DNA of 63,943 nt, counting the filler, from Reticulomyxa filosa (lineage: Eukaryota > Protista > Foraminifera): NCBI GenBank assembly GCA_000512085.1. It is 21 parts of 21 records of this genome, joined end to end, with 100 filler letters (N's around TTAATTAATTAA, not from the genome) between each part and the next. Parts side by side here need not be neighbours in the genome. Positions count along the whole stretch, not along the records: positions 9,671 to 17,274 come from ASPP01009987.1; positions 17,375 to 18,396 come from ASPP01019022.1; positions 18,497 to 20,412 come from ASPP01006340.1; positions 20,513 to 21,928 come from ASPP01000510.1; positions 22,029 to 24,381 come from ASPP01003362.1; 16 more parts are not named here. One strand, given 5' to 3'. The notes below the pieces were generated by a model. That model saw nothing but the letters and a program-made list of their open reading frames with translations, searched no databases and had not been told where the DNA came from. Position 1 is the stretch's first letter. Every line of letters begins with the position of its first letter. Below, piece by piece: positions 12,701-24,481 of the stretch. Position numbers and translations under genes: made by a program.

Positions 12701-14015
12701 GCTAATTGGCAAATCATTGCACAGATGTTCGTGCTGCGCACATCCAAGTTTGCCCGTGTATATTTCATCCTTGTGTACTACGGCACTGTTGTGGTGGTTA
12801 TGAATGTCCTCACTGCGTTCGTTTTGCAGGCTTTTATTTCACAGTACGAAAAGTCTCTGCGAGTGTCCAAACAACTCGCCAAAGCCAAGTTATATCGTTC
12901 TACTGCAGAGTATTTGGATGGCTTGGCGGAATCGGAAATGCAAGAACGAGAAATAAGTGTCCAAAAATCGGTAAGAGAGAAAAAAAAAACAACAACAAAA
13001 AACATTGCCACGTCATACATTTTTATATTTATACCGAGAACATAAGAGACATTCAACTACTTGCATCAAGTATTAAACAGTTATAATAAATGCCAACTTT
13101 GAATGTAACAGATGTATAGAGTACTGCGATGGTTCAAAGAAGAAGACGAAGTCCATCTTTATCACTTTCAAAGAAAATTAACAAAGGCATCGTTTTACGA
13201 ACAATTGTATCCTGAGATTTTCAAAGAAAAAAAAAAGGAACAAAAGAAAGCATTTGGGGTACATAATCAACCACAATTGCAGCCGGACCACAGCACTAGC
13301 GTATACCACCATTATGATGCGGGAGACAAAGTCTCGCACCACCCTCCGCAACAACAGCAACCACAGCGGCAAAGAAAGGGAAGCATTAAGGCATTGGACT
13401 TTATTGACGAACATGATGGAATGGAATGGGTGGTGCCAATGGGAAGCAAAATGTCAGAGACACCTCATTTTCCATATCCGGCCAATGATATGACTACATA
13501 TCATCAAGCGGACTTTCGAAGAGATACACCACCATTGATACATCAAGACACCAATAATTCTGGTATTTGTTGTTTGAAAACGGGTGACAAAACATTTGTA
13601 ATAACGTGCGAACATCCAAATAAAACATACAGTTGAACCCATAAAAGATACTGATAACACCATTTTCAAACATCAGCCCAGCGAAGAAATGAAAGTATCT
13701 AGCCAAGATGAGGCGAAAGAATCCAAAGGTGATGACTACACAAATGACAACGAAATTGAAATTGAAGATCAAAATCGTCCTCAAGTCATGCGGCTTCTCT
13801 CCACAAACTCAGAGAAAAATGAATCCTTGAGGCGAGATGCTGCGTCTCCTTCAGTACTGACACACTATCGTAAAGTTAATTATCCTACATCGCCAACCGC
13901 AGCGCAGTCTGTTACCAAAGATGTGTCTCATGCATATGATGTCGTATATTCAAATGACAAGCATACATCTCATGGCCAATCAACATTTGGTGATATCACA
14001 AACAATCGACGATAA
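9711..14015 (+). CDS. TPC: Two-pore channel (TPC family), multi-exon, 5'-partial
   Basis: Two S4 segments (FRVIRITRP; FRLIRLLRLMR), pore I SLLILQSTVDFPDIMMASY, S6 GIYFLMALVLAVIYSNY, pore II YYYNNNFNSLWKAM..MAVANWQII, S6 VVMNVLTAFVLQAF. Confidence 0.9.
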
Positions 14016-14386
14016 TCTTAATATAAAACACATGCTCCTTCTTTTTTGCGCAAAATTTGCTCTTTTTTTTTCTCCTCTTTTCCTTTTGTTTGATGTGGTT
14101 ACATTACCACAGCCCTTTGATCCGCATCATTGAGAAAAAACTCATCTCGAATTTGAATAAAATTTTGTGTTGTATCATCCATTTCTAGCAATGATGTATA
14201 GTGCTATCTAATATTTTTCTTCTTTCTTTCCTTTCTTCTTTTATTTATTCATTGAACATGAGCAAATAATATAAAAAAATGCTTGCAAAACAAAACTCAA
14301 GAAATACAATTGCATCCTTTTTATGAAAAAATGAAAAATGTGAAATGAACACATTAAAAAAATTTTTCATTGTTGGAAAAATAGTA

Positions 14387-15776
14387 TTATCCCCAAATAT
14401 GAATAGGGCCATTACCTGAGCCATAACACAGATAAATATAATCTCGATACTTATTGCTTTTTTATCTTTTCTTTTAATTGTATAAATTTAAGACATAATA
14501 TTGAACCATCTTCGTAGAAATCTCCTTTGATCATATGGAACTCTTTCTTATTTGATCGAATATCCCAAAAACGAATTGTAATATCAGTTGATCCGGAACA
14601 TATTACATTTGAACTACCACCAATCTTGCTATTCTTTATTACAAATGGTGAATATTCAACCACATTCACCCAATGTTTATGTCCATTGAACACTTGAATT
14701 TGTTTACCAGATCGAATATCCCACAAACGAACACTTTTATCTTCTGATCCAGATAATATTGTATTTGCACCACCATTAATTCCTAATTCATTTGATCCAT
14801 ATTTTACACTACTAATACGACCTTCATGTCCATAGAATACATTTAATTGTTTAGTTGTTTCAATATCCCATATTCGAATAGTTTTATCACCTGATCCGGA
14901 GCAAATTGTATATCCATTACCACCAATCACACCAATACTATTACATTTATTATTGTTATTGTTGCTTTGCAATGGTGAAATATCTACACACCAAACATAT
15001 TCTGTATGTTCATTGAAAACATGCAATGATTTTGATGTTTCAACATCCCATAAACGAATTGTTTTGTCATCAGATCCAGAACATAAATATCGACCACCAC
15101 TAAATGATGAAAATTCAATTTCATAGATAACATCAGTGTGTCCATTGAATGCTTGCAACTGCTTGTTGTCTTTAAAATCCCAAAAATGAATTGCATTATC
15201 TTCAGCTGAAAAGCAAATGATATTACGATGGTTGTTATGATAATAATATTGTGAAAATTTCACATAATGCACCCAATCTAAATGTTTGAACGATTTAATT
15301 TGCTTGTTAGTATCAACATCCCATACACGAACTGTTCCATCATGTGATCCAGAACAAATGAATTGGCGATCGTCAAATGTCGAGTAATCAATACTATTCG
15401 CGAATTCTGTGTGTCCATTAAATGTTTTGAGTAATTTTGACGTTGAACAAAATGATTCAAGAATAAAAATTGGTGTTGCCTGCAATAATGTCAAAATTTT
15501 CAAATATTTATTGTTGGCAACTATTAAATAAAAATAAAAAACATAACATATTTGACAACAAGTTCGTCAAAATTATGAATCCATCCTGATTTAATATTTA
15601 ATAATCGAGTCCAATGCTGAACAATGATTTGGACATATTCTTCTGGCTGATTCAGTCACAAATCACAGTTAACAAAAAAAACAGCAAACATAAAGAACTA
15701 ATGCTATAAAAGATTGAATGAAGTTTACCAGCTTTAGCTGCGTTGAAACTTCTTTTCCATTGCCGAAAGTTGTCAT
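14387..15776 (-). CDS. WD40-repeat protein of a lineage-expanded family; three exons; +1 frameshift near the 3' end
   Basis: Repeated GH...ICSGSxDKTIRxWD units; N-terminal exon IIVQHWTRLLNIKSGWIHNFDELVVKY. Removing one A from the A6 run at 14458-14463 restores the C-terminus LCYGSGNGPIHIWG*. Confidence 0.9.
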
Positions 15777-16398
15777 TTGTTTTTTCATATGAGCTAGTCT
15801 TCGATGATGTCAAAATATTGCATAGCACGAACTTCAAAATTTTTATTTTTATTTAAACCTTTCCGAAAACGCACATTGTGGTAATTGATTATTTTCATCT
15901 TTATGAGGTTATGTTAATCACTGAATTAAAACAACAATTCAAAAAAAGTTCAAGGTCAGGTCAGTGAAACATTTTTCAACATGTTGATGGAATAACGTTA
16001 AAAAAATGTTGGACAAAGTTCGACTAAAACATTTTTTGCTGAATTTTGTTTCTACGTGAAATCAATTTCTCATCAGCTGCTGTTGAAATCCATTACGTTA
16101 TTCTGTAATCTATTACCATGACCGCCAATATTTTGTATTTTTTTAGTTGTGTAAGAATCTTTTGTGCATATTTAAAAAATAATGTGTGAAGTTGGTAATC
16201 GCAAACCTTCCAAAAGAATACCTTTCTTTATGCAAAAATAATTGCGTGAGAAGTCAAAAAAATAAATTTAATCAGTTTTCACTGTACAAAAGCACAATCT
16301 GTTTAAGTGATCACAAACCCTTTTTTTATTGTTTTTTCCAGTCTCTCTTCCTTCACCTACATCCCCTTTTTTTTTTTACTTGTAGGTTTTTTAATGAC

Positions 16399-17214
16399 CT
16401 ATTTTTGATTTAACAAACGGACTCCCGTGCGTAGGAAATTCAATTGTCGATTGCACTCTTCGATCATACTAAGTTTGGAGGCTTCCAAATGACGAATGTG
16501 TTGATGAAGTTTAGTAATTTCATTCTGATAATTTTTGTTTTCGTGTTCAAGTTTATGAAATGTTTCTTGATTAAATTCTTTCCCTTGAGATGTTGAAGGG
16601 GAATTTAGTACATCCGGTGTTTGGTCCTGTGGTTTTTTGAGTTTGTTCAATTCTTGTTTTAATTGTTGAATTTCAGTTTTAAACTCGGTTTGTTTTTGGT
16701 CCCATTGATGTTTGGCATCGGTATAATCTGCCTCGGCCTCTAACAAAGATTTGAACATGGAGCTGTGAACTTCACTAGCGCGACGAGGCGCACCAACTCT
16801 TATTTCGTCTAGTTGTTGTTCCAATTGTCGAATTTTCTGTTCATAGTCCATTTTTTGTGCCTCTTTTTCTTGTTCAATAAGCAGCAATTTATTGAACATG
16901 GAAGCTGACACTTCGGCATTCGATGTTTTTCGCTTGCGTTCTTCAGCGTGCATTTGCAAATTCAGCACTTTTTTTTCTTCTTCCAAGTTTGTTATCGTGT
17001 CGCGCATTCTACGCACGTCCTATTCATTTACATATGATATGCATTGTCCCACGTATATTGAACTTTTACGTGGCCATTTTCCCTATATGTCAAAAAAAAA
17101 AAAAAAATCAACTTCTGATTCTTTTTCATGTGCTTTGGCCAATTCCCTTTGCAATTCAGTAACACGTTGTTGCAAAGATCTTACATCTTGATTCTGTGAT
17201 ATATCCGTTGTTTC
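16399..17214 (-). CDS. Coiled-coil protein (5'-partial, at least two exons)
   Basis: 205-aa E/Q/K-rich heptad ORF plus upstream exon DVRSLQQRVTELQRELAKAHEKESE. Confidence 0.75.
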
Positions 17215-17929
17215 TATTTTATGATTTTATTTTGTTGCGTTCATTTCCTCTCCACCATCACGTTATTCCAAAAANNNNNNNNNNNNNNNNNNNNNNNNNN
17301 NNNNNNNNNNNNNNNNNNTTAATTAATTAANNNNNNNNNNNNNNNNNNNNNNNNNNNNNNNNNNNNNNNNNNNNAAAAAATTAGGTCTAAATGTTTTTCA
17401 TGGAGAAAATCAATTATCATCAAATGATATCGTTTTAGGCGTTCAGTTTTCTTTGCAACCTACTGTATTACAAAGATAATGGATTTGTTTTTATCTTTAT
17501 TTTAAAAAAAATGCAAAATAATAGATTTTGCTTGTGATATCAGTTTTGAACTGATTTCAACTGTATACATTTGTATAATTTAAAATTTTTATTCTAGTTT
17601 TTGCTTTTTAAGAGTCTATCTTCACAAGTAATTTTGTTGATATGTCAAATTGTTGACATTTTCCCAACTGCAAAAAAAAATATAGTGTTTTCTAAATTTT
17701 AAAATACTATCTAAACCTTTTAGATTGTTTTGCATATTCCTCCAAAGAATGACAAATATGTAATGTTTCTTGAATGCATTGACATGCAGAGTACAACTTT
17801 GTTGAAAGAGGCAAGATTTAATCCGATTTGTTTGATTCATAAAAAAAACCACAAACGATCTTTTTTAGAGGATTAGGTCACAGCCCCTTTTTTTAAAAAA
17901 ATTTAAAAAACTTCCTAAACATTAACAAC

Positions 17930-18396
17930 ATGGGCAATCACATTACAACACAAAAAGTAACTGAACAAAGTCAACAGATTACTACCCACTTTCAAACTTT
18001 GAAGGAGTTGCCACTTCACTTTCTCATTCTCAATGTGTGCTACACAAACACGAACTCCTCATTTGTGGAGGTGCATATAAAACAGCTTGTTATTCTTATC
18101 ATACACTCAAAAACGAATACAAGTTTATTTGTGAGTATCCAAGTGATGTTCAATTATATGGGCACTGTGTAGTGAAACTGGTAGATAGCAACAGTAACAA
18201 CGACAAATACAACAATCAAATCACTTTGTTGTCTTTTGGTGGATTGAATAAACATACATTGGTGATGAAATATGTAAGTGTTTGGAGTAATGACAACAAT
18301 AATGATGATGAAAATCAAAATTACAATCAATGGGTCCCTTTCACAGACAATCACAATCATCCAATTATCATTGGAAGAGGAAGAGATTATGATGAT
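17930..18396 (+). CDS. Kelch-like beta-propeller protein, 3'-partial, one-base frameshift near 18012
   Basis: MGNHITT...FQTLKELP followed in another frame by (T)SLSHSQCVLHKHELLICGG...CYSYH...LYGHCVVKL...LLSFGG. These are GG-containing kelch-like blades. Confidence 0.8.
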
Positions 18397-18496
18397 NNNN
18401 NNNNNNNNNNNNNNNNNNNNNNNNNNNNNNNNNNNNNNNNTTAATTAATTAANNNNNNNNNNNNNNNNNNNNNNNNNNNNNNNNNNNNNNNNNNNN

Positions 18497-19978
18497 CAAT
18501 TGCTTTTTAGAGCACAAAAAGAGATGCTCAAATTTCCCGAAAAACCAGGGGATTGTCACATGATCATTGACATGGGTGGAGGTACCGTAGACATTGTATG
18601 TCACGAAGTAATGTCCGACTATCAAGTGAAAGAGTTGATTTCGCCATCGGGAGGGGCTTGGGGCAGCACGATCATCGACAAAGAGTTTGAGCTAATTTTG
18701 AAAGACATGGTCGGAGAGAAGCTGCTTGCCAATTTCAGAGCACGATATCCAGTGGAATACATGCAGCTTTTGAGCAATTTCGAGGCTTCCAAAATCGCGT
18801 TTTTTAAAAGCGCGAAATATCAAAAGATGAAACTCGAAGAGTTGTACGACAAGCGACACAATGTCGCTGTTCCTTCTGAATTCACTGATTTCATGGAAGA
18901 GCATCTCCCGGATTGGCAACAAAAATTTCAATCTTTTACGCTCAATGATCTTGCTCAGTAAACATTACACATTTACACATTAGATATATACATATATGTA
19001 CACATATACGTATACATCCATCGGCTCCATTTTTTTTTTTTTGTAAAAATAAACAATCAAAGAGGAGGGGGGGGAAAAAAAAAAAAGTTGTGGTTGAATG
19101 TGATGAAAATTGTATGCAAATATCATTTCGACTCTGGTTTCATCTATTCGATTTGATCGTCGGCAAAATCATTGCTCACGTAAAAGTCTTAATAGCCACG
19201 CATTCTGTGATTGAAAGTAAATTAAAGTACATATTTCTGGTTGGAGGACTTTCAACTTCCAAATATGTTGAGTACAGAATGAAGAAGGATTTTGAAGGGA
19301 AATACTCCATCCTTATCCCATCCGACCCACTCCTTTGTGTGGTGGAAGGAGCAGTACTTTTGGCCAGCAAAACAATGAGATTTGTGACACATCGAGTATT
19401 GTCGAAAACATATGGCATTTCTGTTCGTCGTCGACTTGACACTTTTCAAAGCTCCGCCAATAACAATAATTGCTATCGATGTCCTATCGATCAAAGATGG
19501 TATGCCAATGATTGCTTCCGAACTTACGTTCGAAAAGGAGAAATCATTCCTGTAGATAAAGTTTCATTCATTACTCACTCTATATTTTAAGTTTTTAAAT
19601 ATAAAATAACAACATTCTACTGTCAAGGAGGGGGGTGGGGGTGGGGGGAGCATTGCAGGAAATTGAAGAATCCTTTTTTGTGAGAAGACCAGACCAGAAA
19701 AAAAATTTACTATTCAGTTATATGTATCAACGGAAGATGATCCTAAGACGACAAACAATTGCACAATGCTAGGCGAAATACATACTGTTTTACCTCAAGA
19801 CTTCAAATTGGCCACAGAGCGGGTAAAAATAAGGATTCACTTTGGGGAAACAATCATTCGTGTAATTTCTATTGTTAAAGAAAAAATACTGCATGATATC
19901 AACATTCAGTATTACTTTTACTCCAGTGATGAACATAATCCGAAAGTTGATACAGATATTACTTCGATAAAATATTGA
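18497..19978 (+). CDS. HSPA12-like atypical Hsp70, 5'-partial, three exons
   Basis: IIDMGGGTVDI, SGGAWGSTIIDKEF, IFLVGGLSTSKY, DPLLCVVEGAVL, RVLSKTYGI, IHFGETII. Confidence 0.85.
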
Positions 19979-20281
19979 ATGACTAAAAAATGTAAATACA
20001 TAAAACAAAAGTCCATTGATTGTCTTTTATTTGTATGGATATAATCAAAAAGATTTAAATTACTTTTAATTTTATTAAAAAAAAAATTTCGATACAAAAC
20101 TTCACTTCAAAACAAAAAAACAACACAAATAAATCAATTTTCAAATAATAAAAAAGTAACAAAATATGACGCAATGGTCTTATTTTGCTTAGTAGTTGTA
20201 TATGTAGAATCAAGTTTTATTGAATACAGTTGAGATTTCAAAATATACACCAAAAACATCTTTTTGTAGAACTTGGTGAGT

Positions 20282-20407
20282 AAAAAAAAACAGAAAGACA
20301 AAAAGAAAAAAAAGAAAAGTGAAACTATGGGTCATGCGGCACTCCGTGCCGCCTGATCCATAGTTTTACTTTTCTTTTTTTTCTTTTTATCTTTCTGTTT
20401 TTTTTTT
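20282..20407. repeat. Long inverted repeat / hairpin (about 61-bp arms, 3-nt loop)
   Basis: ...AAAAGTGAAACTATGGGTCATGCGGCAC-TCC-GTGCCGCCTGATCCATAGTTTTACTTTT...; four non-Watson-Crick positions, no indels. Confidence 0.95.
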
Positions 20408-20512
20408 TTTTGNNNNNNNNNNNNNNNNNNNNNNNNNNNNNNNNNNNNNNNNNNNNTTAATTAATTAANNNNNNNNNNNNNNNNNNNNNNNNNNNNNNNN
20501 NNNNNNNNNNNN

Positions 20513-21772
20513 AAAAGTGCCAATTGCAAATAATTCCATAAAACTCTGTTATTTGCACATGGCTGCAACAATTATCACGGAGACATGGAGTGCCCAACCA
20601 GTTAAGATAAACAATCATTAGACAACTATTCTTGAATAAAACGCTAATTTATGTGGACTTTTTCTGATGATTTTTCCCAGGAGCAGCAACAAAAGATTCG
20701 AAAAGCACTGAAATATCTGGAAAGCTGTGTTGAATTGTGTAACGACGAGAGTGCAACAGATACGCAAAGTGACGCAAGTGTCGGGCAAGACACAACAGAT
20801 GAACCAAAAATAAAAAAAATACCAAAGACAATCTTACTACCATTGGTACGAACGTTGCAATTCAAAGCAATGCTATGTTTGCGTTTAGCAGACAAGGAAA
20901 TGAGCACATTCTTGGATCATGTATGCCAAAATACTGAAGGAATGGAGTCAAAGCACTACTGGCAAATGTCCGCATATGCAACAGAACCACCATTTCAATG
21001 TGATAATATTGCCATTCAATGCCTGAAAAGAGCTTTAGCTCTTCAGTATGCTCAAACTGCTCCCAATTTAACAGTTTTGATTTCACAGATACTTCAAAAA
21101 AAATATAACTTCTTTTTTTCTGTTTATGGGCGCCACAGGAAGTTGCAAAAATTACACGGACAATTGTGGCCCTGGAAGGAAATGGAAAAGAAACATTAGA
21201 ATACTTTGAAAAATTACTAGAATGTGCCACAAAAGAAATTAAAAATGGAAGACGTGCCAAAGAAAATATGTTTGAAGAAAAAATACACATAAAATGGCTA
21301 ATACTGAAGGCATGGAATAATGCAGTGTTTGAATACAATTACGTTGCTTACGATTTTAACAGCTCATCTTTAGAAAAATTGCAATTGGCACATGCTTGGG
21401 TTCGTATATCCAGTCATTTATGTCAATTTTACGGTTTTGCTGAAAACGAAAAGCACATGCATCTTTACATAGTTAGACGCTTTGTTTCTTTTTCTCTACT
21501 AAATTTTATCATTTTATCAAAAATATTAGGACGAATCTTACCGACTTATCCAACGAAAGTATGAAGAAGCTACACAATTTCAAAAATATCACGAAAACAT
21601 TGAGAAAAACTTGGACTTCAAAAATATTTGGGATACCCCCAGTATTGAAATGACAGGTGGCAACATTGCCCAACCTTCAACAAAAAAGAACTCACAAGAT
21701 CCCACACATAAACAGATCACACAGCCTAGTGCTAATAATGACGTAGTCATGATCAACCAAAATCTCACATGA
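20513..21772 (+). CDS. Probable ZIP4/SPO22/TEX11-like helical-repeat protein, C-terminal part
   Basis: IAIQCLKRAL, IKWLILKAWNNAV (compare TEX11-family WLxxxxWNxG) and AHAWVRISSHL. Intron 21074-21138 joins ORFs 20651 and 21166 in frame; the last exon ends at TGA 21770-21772. Confidence 0.55.
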
Positions 21773-22669
21773 TCAGTAGAAAAGTGTAAAAGCGCTTTCA
21801 GGCCAAAATTGCGAATTTTCTATACAAATATACAAACACAAAAATTTAACCACACAATAAAAATTTCACAACACAATAAAAAAATTAACAAGTTATGTGC
21901 GCCTCAGAGTTGCGCAAATAACCACGAGNNNNNNNNNNNNNNNNNNNNNNNNNNNNNNNNNNNNNNNNNNNNTTAATTAATTAANNNNNNNNNNNNNNNN
22001 NNNNNNNNNNNNNNNNNNNNNNNNNNNNTTTTTTTTTTTTTTACTCCTTACAATGTTTTTGTGTCTGTGTTTTTTATTGTTTTGTTTGTGAGTAATCCCA
22101 AATTTTAAGTTTTGTCGGCCAGACTTGACTGCTTGGAGTTGTTTCATATGTTTTTTTCCGTTTGTCGGCATTATATTTGTTTTTACAGTTCTTGCTTTTT
22201 TGTTTATGTTGTCCCACTTTGTTTTTTTCTCTCTTGACTGTGTAGATTAAGATTTTCCATATCTTTTACTTGAAGCTTTTGTTTGTCTTTTTTTCCCACT
22301 TTTTTTCCCCCATATTGAAAGTCCAATCCAAATACATGTGGTCTTATTATTTGTTTTTTTGTTGTTTTGTGTTTTTTGATCGCAATTGAAACAGACCAAC
22401 ATTTTTCTGATGCAAACATTGTGTAAATCATTTGAAGGAATTGTGCAATTCTAGTTTTTATTGAACGTAACCAATATATATCAATGTGCGACATTCGAAT
22501 ACATAGTGAAAATTTATCAATTGTTTCTAAATTTCGTAAGAGCGTATTATTCAAAAGTGTTTTAATAAGAAAACTTGTATTTCGAAAGAAAAGGAATTTG
22601 GCAGTAAGTTAGCAAAGTTGTGTTAGGACTAGAAAAGGAACGATAATAAAAAATCACTTTTGACAAAAA

Positions 22670-24118
22670 ATGTACATGTTATTGTTTTATGTAGGACTCT
22701 TGTGGTCGAAGGCCTCAGCACTCAAAGAAGGAGATTTAATTGATCTAATACAATTCATTCAAGACAACAATGTGTCATGGTTTTACGACACAGTAGCGAA
22801 AGACTCAAAATTGATTAACTACAAATATTCTTCTCCGAATTTGCAAGACTCGAAACAAACACAAATGGTGCCACATGAATACACATTTTTGGACATTGCC
22901 ACCATTTTCGGCAATTTGGAAATCGTGCAATATTTGTTACACCACAGAATCGGTGGTAATCCTTTGGAGTCGATGTATTACATATGTTTCAATCAAAGTA
23001 GTTTTACTGATCCATGGTTTAATATTCCTGTCTCGTCATTGTCCAACAAGGAGGAATTTGAGGATCGATTTTATTCAAAAAGCGTGTTAGCAATGTATTT
23101 ACACTATGAAGTGGACATTAACGATCGCTCCTCACATAAAGAGAATATAAGTTTGATAACAGAGTGTATGCTCCAAGGCTATTGGGAAGTGACAGAAATG
23201 TTGCTACAAAATGGCGCAAACGTATACAATAAAGATAAAAATGGATTTGATATGATCGATTGGCTTGTTAAAGCTCCTGTTGACAAGTTTTGTTGTTGTT
23301 GTTGTTATCATTTGCTGTTTTGCCGCAAATATACGTGAAAAAACACAGCTCCAAACTTTTGTTTTGTGTAAGTGGATAGAGGTGCAATAAAAAGATGGAG
23401 CCGAACAGTCTTAGGACACAATGCGGTATTGTCTCAAATAATCAAGTTTGGCGAGCTGTTGAAAGCATACAAAGTACCATTCGATGTCAATAGGCTGTCT
23501 ATGTTGACAAAAGCAGACGAATTCGCATTGAAGCATTTGGAGCAGATTTATAGCGACGAACAGAGTTACTCTGAGTCGGTCAAGCAAACCTCGGAGCAAA
23601 GAGTCCAATCGAATCGCGAGTTGATTCGACAGCACTTATGTGACCAAAAGAAAAAAGTTGAAAGGCAAATCAAAGAGCGCTATCAACAAACGCTTTCTGA
23701 CACGCCACGCTTTGGGGGTAAGCAAGAGTCGATACGACAGAGGGTTTTGAAGGCCAAAATATGCTTTCATACAATCGTGTTTTGCTTTCGTTTGGCAAAT
23801 GTCTTTTTTGCAAATAATAAACCCACTATAGGTCGTATTACTGATAGCGACCGACGAGAAAAATGGGAGGCCATGAAAGATGCTGAGAACAAGAGGCTGA
23901 AAAGATTAGAGTCAATTCAAAACGAGGAAATGCGCCAAAGAGACGAATTGAGGAAAATGGCTGCAATAAGACGGACGAATTTCGATATCATTGTCGAGGA
24001 GGGTATACGTGATGGGGAAGATAGCGGGACATCAAAGGAAATCCAAGGGGATCCTGAAGCAAGTCACGAACAAGGAATGAAAACACAAAATCAATCAGAA
24101 CAACATGAAGACCTTTGA
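22670..24118 (+). CDS. Signal-peptide + ankyrin-repeat + coiled-coil protein ending HEDL
   Basis: MYMLLFYVGLLWSKASA leader; TFLDIATIFGNLEIVQYLL and GYWEVTEMLLQNGANVYNKDKNG ankyrin repeats; introns 23287-23379 and 23718-23831. Confidence 0.8.
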
Positions 24119-24481
24119 ACTGATAAACAAAAACAAAAAACAAGTGTCTTTATTAACAGGCATGTAATCGGGTGTACAGGTTCCTTGCTTTTGAAGATAG
24201 TAACCATAAGTGCTATATGTGTTAATAAACAATATGTGGGACGTCTGCTGATAGTATTGGTGTACTAACTGTAATACGAGATGTGTTTACTTAAAAGAGA
24301 ATAGTAGTTTTCGTAAAACGAAAGTAAATTAAATAATAAAACAAAATAACAAAAGTAAAGTAAAGAAAAGTAACAAAGTAANNNNNNNNNNNNNNNNNNN
24401 NNNNNNNNNNNNNNNNNNNNNNNNNTTAATTAATTAANNNNNNNNNNNNNNNNNNNNNNNNNNNNNNNNNNNNNNNNNNNN

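Noticed and set aside
14451-14463. Euplotes-like programmed +1 frameshifting
   Set aside because: The stop is not directly after an AAA codon, and shifts in the window go in both directions, mostly at base runs. Sequencing error is simpler.
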